Positions 1 to 10,829 of a stretch of DNA of 40,335 bases are shown here, piece by piece (position 1 is the stretch's first letter; every line of letters starts with the position of its first letter). Both the position numbers and the translations under genes were made by a program. Source of the stretch: Ascoidea asiatica JCM 7603 (lineage: Eukaryota; Fungi; Ascomycota); the NCBI GenBank assembly GCA_001600695.1, contig BCKQ01000004.1, positions 1,147,831 to 1,188,165 on the forward strand. Direction: 5' to 3'. The notes beneath the pieces are model-generated. The model saw nothing but the letters and a program-made list of their open reading frames with translations. It ran no database searches and had not been told where the DNA came from.

Positions 1-65
1 TTTTTTTTTTTTTTTTTGAAAAATCATTTCAAAATAAAAGGTTAAAAATTCAAAAATTTTATAAA

Positions 66-923
66 ATGACTGTGGATATTGAAAAAATTCAAACTGTTAG
101 TGATATTGTTCCAAGTTTTAGACTAGATGGAAGAGTAGCTGTTATCACAGGTGGATCTGGAGGGTTAGCAACAGTTATTAAAAAAGCTTTATTAGCTCAA
201 GGTGCTTCAGTTGCTTTAGTAGATTTAAATAAAAGTGTTTTAGATATTGCTGCAGAAGAGTTAATCAATTGGGGAAAAGTAAATAATATTCCAACCGAAA
301 CTTCAGATGGAATTTCAAAAGTTTCTTCTTGGGAATGTGATGTTACAAATTATGATAAAATTACAGAAACTGTAAAATCTATAAATGATTTTCATAAAAA
401 TATTGCAAATTTATTACTTCATACAGCTGGTACTTGTCATCATTATAATGCAGAAGATTATCCACCAGATAAAATCCAATCTTTAGTTAATTTAAATCTA
501 ACTGGTTCATTATTTTTTACACAAGCAATGGCAAAACCATTAATCAATGCAAAAAAATCAGGTTCTTTTATTCTTGTTGGTTCAATGTCTGGTGTAATTG
601 TAAATTATCCTCAACCACAATTTGTTTATAATGCAACTAAAGCTGGTGTTATTCATGCTGTTAAATCTTTTGCCACAGAATGGGCTAAATATAATATTAG
701 AGTAAACTGTTTATCTCCAGGTTATATTGCAACTCCATTAACTGATGTTCTTATTGGTAATGATCCAATAATGAAAGAAGCTTGGGAATCAAGAGTTCCT
801 ATGCGTAGAATTGCTGATCCAAAAGAATTTGTTGGTACTGTTTTATATCTTGCTTCAGATTCTGCTTCATCATATACCACTGGTGAAAATATTGTTGTTG
901 ATGGTGGTTATCAATTATGGTGA
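66..923 (+). CDS. Short-chain dehydrogenase/reductase, D-arabinitol 2-dehydrogenase-like (Candida ARD1 type)
   Basis: IVPSFRLDG start, TGGSGGLA Rossmann motif, GSMSG..VN.PQPQ..YNATKAG (YxxxK), and C-terminal SYTTG.N.VVDGGY..W closely follow yeast D-arabinitol dehydrogenases. Confidence 0.85.
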   Translation: MTVDIEKIQTVSDIVPSFRLDGRVAVITGGSGGLATVIKKALLAQGASVALVDLNKSVLDIAAEELINWGKVNNIPTETSDGISKVSSWECDVTNYDKITETVKSINDFHKNIANLLLHTAGTCHHYNAEDYPPDKIQSLVNLNLTGSLFFTQAMAKPLINAKKSGSFILVGSMSGVIVNYPQPQFVYNATKAGVIHAVKSFATEWAKYNIRVNCLSPGYIATPLTDVLIGNDPIMKEAWESRVPMRRIADPKEFVGTVLYLASDSASSYTTGENIVVDGGYQLW

Positions 924-1681
924 ACGAGATAAATTCCAAATACCTTCAAATTGATCTTTTTATTTTTTTTACTTTCATTTTTTATTTCTTACCTTCAATT
1001 CTCTTCTTTTTTTTGTTTTTATTTAAATTTTCTATTATATATTTCGAAATCTATTAATCTAATTCTTTAATATTTGTATTTTGGAAAAAAACCTTTCAAA
1101 ATACTTTTAATCATGAACTTCTTTGTTATTTTAGTATTTAAATTAAAATTTTGTATAGAGATCTCTTTTTACCTCGGAATCTTTAACGTTTTAGTCTTAA
1201 ATTATTAAAAAAAGAATTATAATATAGAAATTCTTTTAGTTTCGATTCAGTTTGTTCTTTAATGATTGGATGTAGTAAATTGAGTATCATTTTTGAATTT
1301 AATAATATAAAAGAAACTTTTGGTAAAATATGAACAAATGAATAATTTTTCCGGTTCGGATTATTTCATTTAAGCCAACGCTCAGCGTTTTATATAATAT
1401 ACTGTTTAACAGCAAAAAACAGACCCCTGCATTCACTCATATTTCTTTTTTTATAAACATTTATATTACTTTTTCTATTTTTCTTTAGAAATGATAATTT
1501 TCAATAATTCCAAGATAATTATAAAATATATTTCTCCCATTTATAACCCAAAAGCAATAATCTCAAATTAATGATTTTTCTTTTAAATATTGGCTAATGC
1601 TTTTTATAAAAAAAAAAAATAATATTTCCTGAAATTTCACGTGGTGAAGAAACTTCGTAAAAAATTCACAAATATATCCTT

Positions 1682-1755
1682 GGTCCCTTGGCCCAGTTGG
1701 TTAAGGCATCGTGCTAATAACGCGGGGATCAGCAGTTCGATCCTGCTAGGGACCA
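1682..1755 (+). tRNA. tRNA-Ile (anticodon AAT)
   Basis: GGTCCCT/AGGGACC acceptor stem, anticodon loop CTAATAA, TTCGATC T-loop. Near-identical to yeast tRNA-Ile(AAU); T-run terminator at about 1760-1764. Confidence 0.97.
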
Positions 1756-2075
1756 ATTCTTTTTGGAATTTCGTTTTAATTTTTATTTTTTAATATTTTT
1801 AAGAACTATTTTGTAATTATAAGAAAATTTATTTTTTATTAACTCAATTTATTGTTCTAATGAAGAAACTACAAAAAAACCCAATAACTAATTCAAAAAG
1901 AAAAAAACAGAAGTTAAACTTTATTAAGGAGTTTGGAAAGAAGATAAAAAAAAAAGAGAATCAAAGACAAAAAAAACAAAAGTTTTCATTTAAAATTTTA
2001 AAAATGATAATATAAAAAAAAAGAGAAAGATAAATAGAAAAAAAAGTTTTAGGAAAAATTGTTGAAAAAAAAAAA

Positions 2076-3641
2076 TTAATAAACATATTTATAAGTTAAA
2101 ACTTTATCACCTTTTCTATCAATTTTTTTATCAGTTTTATCACCAGCTAAAATTAATTCTCTTTCTTTGTTTTCACGACGAATATGAATTGTCATTAAAA
2201 TATTACAAATTTGAGAAACACAAATTGCACCTAAAGTAAAAGAATGACCTAAAGTATATGGAGATTTTCTATAAATTTGACCAGCAACAATTCCAGAACA
2301 ATTACCTAAAAATTGATTTAAACCTAAAGCAGGAGCTCTTTTATAATGAGGAGCAATATTATTTGTTAACCAAGCAATATTTAAACCAGTACCAGTATAT
2401 AAAGAAAAAGTCATTAAATAACATGCAAAATATTTAACACCATTACTTTTAACAGTTAACATTAAAATATAACCAATAATTCCAGCAAAATTATAAATAA
2501 AAAAAATTGGACCTCTAATTTTATATTTATCAGAAATTATTGCAGAAGTTAAAAAAACAACAAAAGCTAAAAAATAAACTGGAATTGTCATATATTGAGT
2601 TTCTAAATTTATGAAACCAATTGATTTTAAAATTACTGGTAAAAATGTACTAAAACCATATAAAACAGTATCTTGACAAAATTGAATAATTACAGATAAC
2701 CAAACTTTAATATCTTTAAAAGCAGAATTTATAACTTTCCAATCAAATTTATTATCACCAATATAAGCAGATCTTTGTCTTGAACGTACAGCCATCATTT
2801 CATGTTCTCTTTCATTTAAAAAATTTAAATGATCAGGATCATCAGGTAAAAAAAAATATAATAAAAAACCTCCAAGTAAAGAAATTAAACCTTCAACAAT
2901 ATAAAGCCATCTCCAATTTGAAAAAGAACCAGTATCAATTTTCATTATACCAGTTGCAATTAAACCACCAAAAGCAGAAGCTATAGCAGAAGAAGAAAAA
3001 AATAAAGCAATTCTTCTTGCTTGTTCTTTTTTTTTATAAGCAGTTGAAACATATAAAGACATTAATGGGAAAAATCCACCTTCAAATAAACCTAAAAGGA
3101 TTCTAGTTGCAAGTAAAGAAGAATAATTTGAAACAAAACATGAAAAAATTGTAATTAAACTCCAACCAAAAACTAAACATGACATATAAGTATGTGGTGG
3201 AAAAATTTTAAATAATAAAGTTGCAGGTAATTCAGTTGTTACATAAGTTGCATAAAATACAGAAACTGCATTTGAATATTGAGAACTGGAAATTTTTAAA
3301 TCAGTTTTTAAACCTGCAGTTGCAGCATTACCGATATTTGATCTATCTAAAGAACTTAAGAAATACATTAAACAAAATAAAGGTATTAAATGCCAATCTA
3401 ATTTTCTTACAAGAGCAGCTTCTTCTTTTGGATCTAATAATTGTTCTTCTTCTTCTTCTTCATTATCATGATTATAAATTATAGAGAAATATGGAATTTT
3501 AAAATTGAATTTTTTTTTATTATTAATTTCATTTTTATTAATTTCTATTTCTTTAATATCAGATGATATATCAGATTTATTATTATCATTAATAATTTCT
3601 TGTTTAACTTCAACAGTTGAAGCTTCTTTTTGTTCTGACAT
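2076..3641 (-). CDS. MFS transporter, anion:cation symporter (DAL5/TNA1) family; substrate uncertain
   Basis: RKLDWHLIP, LDRSNIGNA, R..LGLFEGG..P and WRWLYIVEG motifs; about 12 hydrophobic segments. Confidence 0.9.
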   Translation of the reverse strand: MSEQKEASTVEVKQEIINDNNKSDISSDIKEIEINKNEINNKKKFNFKIPYFSIIYNHDNEEEEEEQLLDPKEEAALVRKLDWHLIPLFCLMYFLSSLDRSNIGNAATAGLKTDLKISSSQYSNAVSVFYATYVTTELPATLLFKIFPPHTYMSCLVFGWSLITIFSCFVSNYSSLLATRILLGLFEGGFFPLMSLYVSTAYKKKEQARRIALFFSSSAIASAFGGLIATGIMKIDTGSFSNWRWLYIVEGLISLLGGFLLYFFLPDDPDHLNFLNEREHEMMAVRSRQRSAYIGDNKFDWKVINSAFKDIKVWLSVIIQFCQDTVLYGFSTFLPVILKSIGFINLETQYMTIPVYFLAFVVFLTSAIISDKYKIRGPIFFIYNFAGIIGYILMLTVKSNGVKYFACYLMTFSLYTGTGLNIAWLTNNIAPHYKRAPALGLNQFLGNCSGIVAGQIYRKSPYTLGHSFTLGAICVSQICNILMTIHIRRENKERELILAGDKTDKKIDRKGDKVLTYKYVY

Positions 3642-4299
3642 TGTTTATAAACTTAAATAATTTGATTATATTAAATTGGAGATATTGAATATGATTAGAA
3701 ACTATAAAGTAAAAAGAAAAAAAAAAAGGAAGAGATATAAGACCTTTTATGTATTTTTCATGATTCAAAGGAATATACAGTTTCTATAAAATCTTTTTTT
3801 TTTTTTCCTCTATAATTCAAGGTTTGAATGAACTTTAATAGACTGAACAGTATTACATAGAACTGTTATCAATTTCTTTATCACTATGATTATAATTATG
3901 ATTATGATTTTGATTATGATTATGATTATGATTATCAATACCATATCATAATCTATCATAATCTCTATCGGTATGTTTTAAACATTTTGATAAGGAAATT
4001 AAATTTTCTATTCTTTAATTACAAAATGTTGATAATAAAGTTTATGGATAAACCTTTAAAGAATACATAAAAAATAAGCTCAAATCAATTATTGAGTACA
4101 TAAGTTGAATTCTTATCGATTTAATTTGATGAATTGAAGAACTGAATATACTGTATTTCTAGTTTCTTATTATTATTAAAATCTAGCTAAAATTACTGTT
4201 TTCTTTGATAAGTTTATTTTAGTTTAATTCAAATTATTTTTATTTTTTATGCCATTTTTGCAGGAGTTCAGACACTTTCAAAAAGATAAAAAGGTAAAA

Positions 4300-4620
4300 T
4301 ATCCAATTTTTAACCGACGGCCGGCGCCCATGCAAACCCCATTCATCGTATCCAAAGTCAGTTCCGAGGTGGTTTCAGTGCTTGAGCCAGCCACAATTAG
4401 TGCTGAGAAGTACCGAGGTATGATATGTTCACCCAAATACAGTACTTTTGTAACTAAGGTGTGCACGGCCGGAAAGCATTTGGAGGTTTGCAGGTGGGCC
4501 TCGCTGGAGCTGCTTTCGAATGCCATTTGAGATTTGGCTCTGTTTGCAGCTGTGAAAATGTCTCGAGAATGCCCAGTTTTGCTCAAGTTTTATTGAATTT
4601 TGTCTGCCAGAAGCTTTTTT
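4300..4620. promoter_or_regulatory. GC-rich island upstream of the MFS transporter with repeated CGG/CCG motifs
   Basis: ACGGCCGG at 4317 and 4465, CCGAGGT at 4364 and 4413; sharply higher GC than the flanks. Confidence 0.4.
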
Positions 4621-4905
4621 CTGTTTTGTTTTCTTTGTCAATTTGTCAATTTGTCAATTTGTCAATTTAGTGTTTGGTTTGTGTGCTTTTCCTTGGAAAA
4701 ACTGAGTTTTTAGTGCTTTTTTTAGTGCTGGTTTTTATTGTTGCATTTAATCTGGAATATCGGTCAAAAACTCGATTTCATCCCGATAATATTTTATTTT
4801 CCTAATAATAAATAATTATTCAATATTTTATTCATTTAAGTGATTGAATAAACGTTAAGAAAAGAGAAATGAATAAATATTTCACTTGTACAATAAGTAA
4901 CTACT

Positions 4906-4937
<32 letters not shown>
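4906..4937. repeat. (GTA)10 microsatellite
   Basis: Directly visible. Confidence 0.9.
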
Positions 4938-4944
<7 letters not shown>

Positions 4945-5272
4945 TAATTCGATAAATTAAAGTATCTCTTTCTTTGCAATTGCTTGAATGAATTCAATTC
5001 ATAGAAAATGGTCTTATTTTAAAGTAAAAAAAAGTCGGGAATTATATTTCCAATTAAGCGATTTCATTATTAGAAATATAATTGTAGTAATAGAAATAGA
5101 AATAGTAATAGAAATAGAAATAGAAATAGAAATAATGAACTTTTATTGTCATTTTGAAATTAAATTTTGTTTTTTGTTTTTTGTTTTTTGTTTTTGTTTT
5201 TGTTTTTAATAGAATAATACTATTAATAATAATATATACTGTATATATAAAAAATTATTTAGAAATAATTTA

Positions 5273-7204
5273 TTATAAATCACCAATTTGATCAGTAATT
5301 TCTCTCCAATAATTATAAAATCCATGAAAAAATTTAACACCTAAACCAAGATCTTTTGAACCAGTCATAGCTCTAATTGAATGCATTGAAATTTGTGGAA
5401 TACCTAAATCTATAGTTCTTGCACCAGTTTGTGAAGAAATTGAAGGTCCAATAGTACCACCAGATCTTGAATCATTTCTAATCATAAAATATTGAATTTT
5501 ATCATTATTTTTTTTTGCAATTAATTCAATAATTGTTTTACCAATAGAATCTGTAGCCATATTACCATTTGAATCTAAAGCTAAACAAAGTCCAATATTT
5601 GGTAAAGGTTTATGATTTTCAAGATAAACTTCATTAAAATTTGGATTTAACATATGATTAACATCACTTGATAAAATTAAAGAATTTGAATAAATTAATT
5701 TTAAATTTTCATTAAAATTTAAATTAAATTTTAAATTATTACTTAAAATTCTTTCAATTAAACTTTCTGTTAAACCACCTTTTACACCTTGTCTTGATAA
5801 TGAACCAATTTCTTCATTATCATAACAAGAAGCAATTTGAAAAATATTTGAATTTAATAAATCTTCTTCATTATTTTCTAATTTATAATTTATTAAAGCT
5901 TGAATTGCTGCAAATCCACAAATTCTATCATCAATTCTTGGAGAAAATAAAAATTCATTTTTTAAACCACCAATTGTTGATTTTTGTCCATCATATAAAT
6001 CTAAATCTAAATTTAAAATATCTGATAATTTATATGGACTTTCATTTTCATTTTCATTTTCATTTTTATTTAAAAAATTTTCATTAATTAAATTTAATAT
6101 ATATCTTAAAAGATTTAAAGAATGTTTACCAAATAATGGAGAATTTTTTTCATCATCAGTTGGTGGTAAATCTTGTTTTAAAGAAAAGCCAATAACAGGT
6201 ACAGCTTGAGTTTCTTTATTAAAAGGACCTTGAGATGGAGTACCAAAATGTGGAGCTAATGAAGGTATATGAGCTATTGGATTATCACTTTTAATTAATT
6301 TACTTATAATTTTAGAATCTGATTGAGATTTAAGTAAAACTGAACCACCAATATATAAATCTCTATCCCACCATAACCAAGATAAAGCACCAGCATATGG
6401 AGCAACACCTAATAATTCAAAACCTTCAATTTTATTTTTTATTGAATTTGGTTTTAATTTTGTAGTTAAAGCATCAATATGAGAACCAATAATACCTACA
6501 CCATTTTTTGGAGACCAATTTTTTGAAATTATAAAAGCAGAAATTGAAGTTTTATTTCTTGTAGTATAATAAAAACCAGGTTTTAAATTTTTCCAAGAAA
6601 TTTTTTCAGATAAATATTTAAAATTATTTAAATTTAATAAATTTTCAAAATATTTAACAACATGAAATGTAGTTGGATTTTCATAAGTAAAATTTATATA
6701 TTTTTTTGTAAGATTTAATAAATAATCATCATTATAAGTAATTTTTGAATTTTTAATTGAAATTTTTGAAATATTTTTATTTGAATTTATTGAAATTGGA
6801 ATTAAATTTGGAGATAAATTTAATGGAGTAAATTGTTCATCAATTTCATTATCACTATCATTATCATTATCATTATCATTATCATTATCAGAATTCTTGT
6901 TATTATTATTATCATTAAATAAAATATTTGAAATATAAGATAAATTATCATTATTAATATTTAAATTATTAAATTGATTTAAATTAGGATCATTAAAATT
7001 TTTAACTTTAAAAGATTTTCTTCTTTTTGAAGATAATGAAGAATTTGAAATTGGAAATTTATCATAAGTTGGAAATTTATCATCACTTGGATCTTTTTCC
7101 ATATGAGATGGATTTTTAATCATATCCATTACTTTTAATACATTCATTGCATTAAGTAAATCTCTTGTTGAATTTTGATAATTTTTTTGAGATTCATTAT
7201 TCAT
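5273..7204 (-). CDS. APE1: Vacuolar aminopeptidase I (M18 family) with long N-terminal propeptide
   Basis: NPTTFHVV, GSHIDAL, WWDRDL.IGG, IPSLAPHFG, PRIDDR, DNEEIGS, RSGGTIGP and SMHSIR match yeast Ape1/Lap4. Confidence 0.93.
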   Translation of the reverse strand: MNNESQKNYQNSTRDLLNAMNVLKVMDMIKNPSHMEKDPSDDKFPTYDKFPISNSSLSSKRRKSFKVKNFNDPNLNQFNNLNINNDNLSYISNILFNDNNNNKNSDNDNDNDNDNDSDNEIDEQFTPLNLSPNLIPISINSNKNISKISIKNSKITYNDDYLLNLTKKYINFTYENPTTFHVVKYFENLLNLNNFKYLSEKISWKNLKPGFYYTTRNKTSISAFIISKNWSPKNGVGIIGSHIDALTTKLKPNSIKNKIEGFELLGVAPYAGALSWLWWDRDLYIGGSVLLKSQSDSKIISKLIKSDNPIAHIPSLAPHFGTPSQGPFNKETQAVPVIGFSLKQDLPPTDDEKNSPLFGKHSLNLLRYILNLINENFLNKNENENENESPYKLSDILNLDLDLYDGQKSTIGGLKNEFLFSPRIDDRICGFAAIQALINYKLENNEEDLLNSNIFQIASCYDNEEIGSLSRQGVKGGLTESLIERILSNNLKFNLNFNENLKLIYSNSLILSSDVNHMLNPNFNEVYLENHKPLPNIGLCLALDSNGNMATDSIGKTIIELIAKKNNDKIQYFMIRNDSRSGGTIGPSISSQTGARTIDLGIPQISMHSIRAMTGSKDLGLGVKFFHGFYNYWREITDQIGDL

Positions 7205-7497
7205 TTTTATTTAGTAAATTTAAATATAGTGAGATTATGAACAAAAATATAATTTTAAATAGTGATATAAAGTAATTGTTTCAAATAAAGATTATTGAAG
7301 TAGTTCCGAAGTAGTTTTGTAAATGAGATTCTTTTTATTATTTCAATTAACTTGATGAATATTTATATGAATTGAAGTTTCTTTATTATTATCTTCATTA
7401 TCTTTATCATCTTTATCATCTTTATCATCTTTATCATCTTTATCATTTTTATATACGCTATCATGAAATTTGCCATCATCAACTTCTACGGTGGTGA

Positions 7498-7539
7498 CTG
7501 AGAACAGTGGCTGAGAACAGTGGCTGAGAACAGTGGCTG
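7498..7539. repeat. 13-bp tandem repeat (CTGAGAACAGTGG)x3
   Basis: Exact copies at 7498, 7511 and 7524, followed by CTG. Confidence 0.9.
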
Positions 7540-7866
7540 CGTGGGGACGAGTGCCGGTGCTGGACCCCGAGAACCAGCGCAGCCCGCTGATTGGCCAGCA
7601 GCAGACGCGTTTGTTGTCGCTTATCGCAGGCACGTGAAACGGACATGGGACAGATGTGGGTAATATCGGGGACGGGGATATGGGACACGATTATGGGGAC
7701 ACTTATCCAGGACAGCTGAAAGCATTATCTGGGACATTTGCACCAAATATTACTTCAAATACTGTATATAAACAACAATCAAAATATTGAATAGATAAAT
7801 AATATAATATAATATAATAGAGAATATATAGAAATAAAAGTCAATTAATAGATAAATGATTGCAAA

Positions 7867-9174
7867 ATGTCGAATTCAAATAACAATTTAAGAATGAGAG
7901 ATATAAATACTTTCAATACCAATTATAATGATATCTCAGATAATCCTCCAACAATTCCACCAAATAATTCTCCAGTAATTTCTCAAATTAATTCTGAAAT
8001 AAATACTCAAGTAAATATTCAATTAAATACTACAAAGAATTCTTCCATAAATTCAATTGGTAATTCAAATAATAATTCAATTGTTAATTCAATTGTTAAT
8101 TCAAATAAATTATCACAAAAAAAATCAAATGAAATATTTAATGAAATAATATTTGTATTATTAATTAATAATTTAACAATTATAGATTTTTTAACATATT
8201 TAATAAAATATAATATTCAATCAAATTTAACTAATTTTATAAATTTGCAAAAAATATTATTAAAAAATTTTTTTTATTTAAATTATTCAACCTTAACTTA
8301 TTTTTTAATTAATAGTAAAGATAATGTTAGTATAAATTATAGAAAAAGAAAGAAAAAAAATGATAATAATAATGATAATAAAGAAGTTGAAGATGATGAA
8401 AAAAATGAAGAAGATATGAAGAATTTTAAAGAGATTTTAAATTTAATAATTTTTAAATTTTTAAAAGAATTAAATAAATTAATAAATTTAAGATATTTTA
8501 ATAATTTAAAAAATTTAAAAGATTATAAAATTATAAATAATTATCAAATTTTTTCAAAAGATTTAAAAATTATTTTAAATAAAAATTCACCATTATTATT
8601 TTATTTTTTTAAAAAATTATTATCAAATAAAGAAGAAATGGAGATTGATAATTTAAAATTATATAAAATTTATTTATTTTTAAATATTATTAATAATTCA
8701 AGACATTCAATAATGAGTGATTTTTTACAAAAATTTTTATCAATAAAATTATATTCATTAGGTATTGATAAAAAAATAATAAAATTATTATCATTATTTG
8801 GATTAACATGTCAAAGATCAACTATATATAATTTAATTAATGAATATATTAAATTTAAATCAAAAGAGAAAATAAAAGAAAAAAATGAAAATGAAAATGA
8901 AAATGAAAATGAAAATGATTTAAAAAAAATGGAGATAAATAAATTAAATTTATTATATAAAATTAATTCCAAAGTTAGTTTATTTGAAAATGATTCATTT
9001 TATAATGATATTAGTGATAATAATGATAATAATGATAGTGATGGAGAAGAATTTAAAGAAATGAGTTTAAATGCAAATAAATTTCGATATTTTTATTATA
9101 ATAATATAATGAAGAATACATCAACATATAAAAAAGAGAAAAATGAAAATAAGAAAAAAAGGAAAAAGATTTAA
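7867..9174 (+). CDS. Hypothetical N/K/I/L-rich protein with basic NLS-like stretches; central part resembles the N-terminal region of fungal DUF6589-type proteins
   Basis: 435-aa uninterrupted ORF in very AT-rich DNA; RKRKKK and KKKRKKI; segment SPLLFYFFKKLL...NSRHSIMSDFLQKFLSIKLYSLGIDKKIIKLLSLFGLTCQRSTI. The family resemblance is from memory and was not searched. Confidence 0.7.
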   Translation: MSNSNNNLRMRDINTFNTNYNDISDNPPTIPPNNSPVISQINSEINTQVNIQLNTTKNSSINSIGNSNNNSIVNSIVNSNKLSQKKSNEIFNEIIFVLLINNLTIIDFLTYLIKYNIQSNLTNFINLQKILLKNFFYLNYSTLTYFLINSKDNVSINYRKRKKKNDNNNDNKEVEDDEKNEEDMKNFKEILNLIIFKFLKELNKLINLRYFNNLKNLKDYKIINNYQIFSKDLKIILNKNSPLLFYFFKKLLSNKEEMEIDNLKLYKIYLFLNIINNSRHSIMSDFLQKFLSIKLYSLGIDKKIIKLLSLFGLTCQRSTIYNLINEYIKFKSKEKIKEKNENENENENENDLKKMEINKLNLLYKINSKVSLFENDSFYNDISDNNDNNDSDGEEFKEMSLNANKFRYFYYNNIMKNTSTYKKEKNENKKKRKKI

Positions 9175-9199
9175 ATTAAAGTAGTATTTAAAGTGGTAT

Positions 9200-9985
9200 T
9201 TAGTCAAAGAAGTCATCATCATCATCATCATCAAAGTTATTATTATTATGAGATATATTTGATTTTCTTATAGTTTTAATCTTTTTGTTATCACTATCAT
9301 AACCATCATTATCATTATCATCATCATCATGAAAGTCATTATGTTGATTAATAATTAATCTTTCATCATTTGATTTAATAATATTTAAATCAATTAAAAT
9401 TTTATTTTCAAAATCATTAATTGTAAAAGAATTACCACCTAATTGTAATAAAGTTATAAATTTTTTAATAATTTCACCATTATAATAAATTAATAAAGTT
9501 GGAATATTAAAATTTGAATAATTTTCAAAAATTCTATTTGAAAAAATTTCAATAAATTTTAATTCATTAAATTTTAAAGATAATTTTAAAAAAATTGAAT
9601 TTAATAATTTTGATTGAAAATTATTTAAATTTTTTATATGTAAAAATATAAAAGTATTTTTAATATTTGTAATTTCATTTTCATAATCAATTTTTGAAAT
9701 TTCAATAATTGAATTATATTTCTTAGATTTATTTAAATTTATAATTTCTTTAAATCTTTTTAATTTTAATGAATTTAAAATTTCATCATTTTCTAAATCT
9801 TCTAAATTATTTAATTCATTTAAATTTAAATCATTTAAATAATTATTTTTCTTAAAATTTATTGATTCTTCTATAGCTTCTTCAATTTCCTCAGATGGAG
9901 ATTTTGGTCTTTCTGGAATTACACCTTTTTCTCTTAGGATATCATTCCATTCAGTATCTTCATTAGGATCCACTTGTACCTCCAT
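9200..9985 (-). CDS. PLP2: Phosducin-like protein 2 (CCT co-chaperone)
   Basis: VQVDPNEDTEWNDILREKGVIPERP start, PTLLIYYNGEI..FITLLQLGG thioredoxin-like region, acidic DDDDFFD end. Confidence 0.92.
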   Translation of the reverse strand: MEVQVDPNEDTEWNDILREKGVIPERPKSPSEEIEEAIEESINFKKNNYLNDLNLNELNNLEDLENDEILNSLKLKRFKEIINLNKSKKYNSIIEISKIDYENEITNIKNTFIFLHIKNLNNFQSKLLNSIFLKLSLKFNELKFIEIFSNRIFENYSNFNIPTLLIYYNGEIIKKFITLLQLGGNSFTINDFENKILIDLNIIKSNDERLIINQHNDFHDDDDNDNDGYDSDNKKIKTIRKSNISHNNNNFDDDDDDDFFD

Positions 9986-10263
9986 TGTATTATTAGTATT
10001 TGTTCCTAGTTGTATAATAACTCTTCACTCTTCACTCTTCATCATCTACTTTCTCATGAATATTTCATCATTATTCACCTTCTCCATTTAATATTTTCCA
10101 TTCCAATTGCTTCACTGTTCCTTCACTGCTGCTTCAATTTCTTCACCAGTGGCAAAGTGATGCATATGTGGCAAAGCACCACCGTGGCTAGTTTTGATTC
10201 TCCACGTGACCCTTTCCTCAGACCCGTCTCTCTGGTACCATCTTCAACCACTCTCACTTCTCT

Positions 10264-10339
10264 CACCACCACCACCACCACCACTACTACCACTACTACT
10301 ACTACTACCACCTCAACTACCTCCACTTCCACTTCCACT
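10264..10339. repeat. Compound (CAC)/(ACT) trinucleotide repeat in the PLP2-GDI1 divergent promoter
   Basis: Directly visible; explains the spurious poly-Thr and poly-Val ORFs. Confidence 0.8.
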
Positions 10340-10829
10340 TTAAACTCGCTTCATTCCTCTGTCTCCAGAATTCATTGTCGCTTCAGACTTCGCTCAGCCC
10401 ATACAGTCTGGTATTGTTCTGTTTACTACAGGGATGTACACTCCTGCTACACTACTACTCTGCACACAATATATCTGAATATATCTGAATATATCTGTAT
10501 AGTGATAATGGTATATCCCACTTGCACAGTCAATCCACACATTCCCTGGCTACAGTATTATTACTCCATTAAATACTCTCTTAACAATATGACACTGAAG
10601 CAATTTACTTCACTTCACTTATCTCTCTCTTCAATTCAATCACTTCAATTCAATCACTTCAATTCAATCACTTCATCTATTTATTTCATTTATTTACTTA
10701 CTTATTTATTTCATTCAATTTTATGTCAATGTCAATTAAATTCAATTGAGATTGTAATTGAAGTTAAATAAATACAATATTATTTACATTACTTACATTA
10801 TTATATTTATAAATTTATATATATAAAAA

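Noticed and set aside
4249-4670. Four overlapping short ORFs on both strands
   Set aside because: Expected from locally high GC (fewer stop codons); codon usage unlike the real genes; no motifs.
10010-10771. 253-aa + strand ORF and the antisense poly-Val ORF
   Set aside because: TTG start, spans the PLP2-GDI1 divergent promoter, built on CAC/ACT microsatellites, no recognisable domain.
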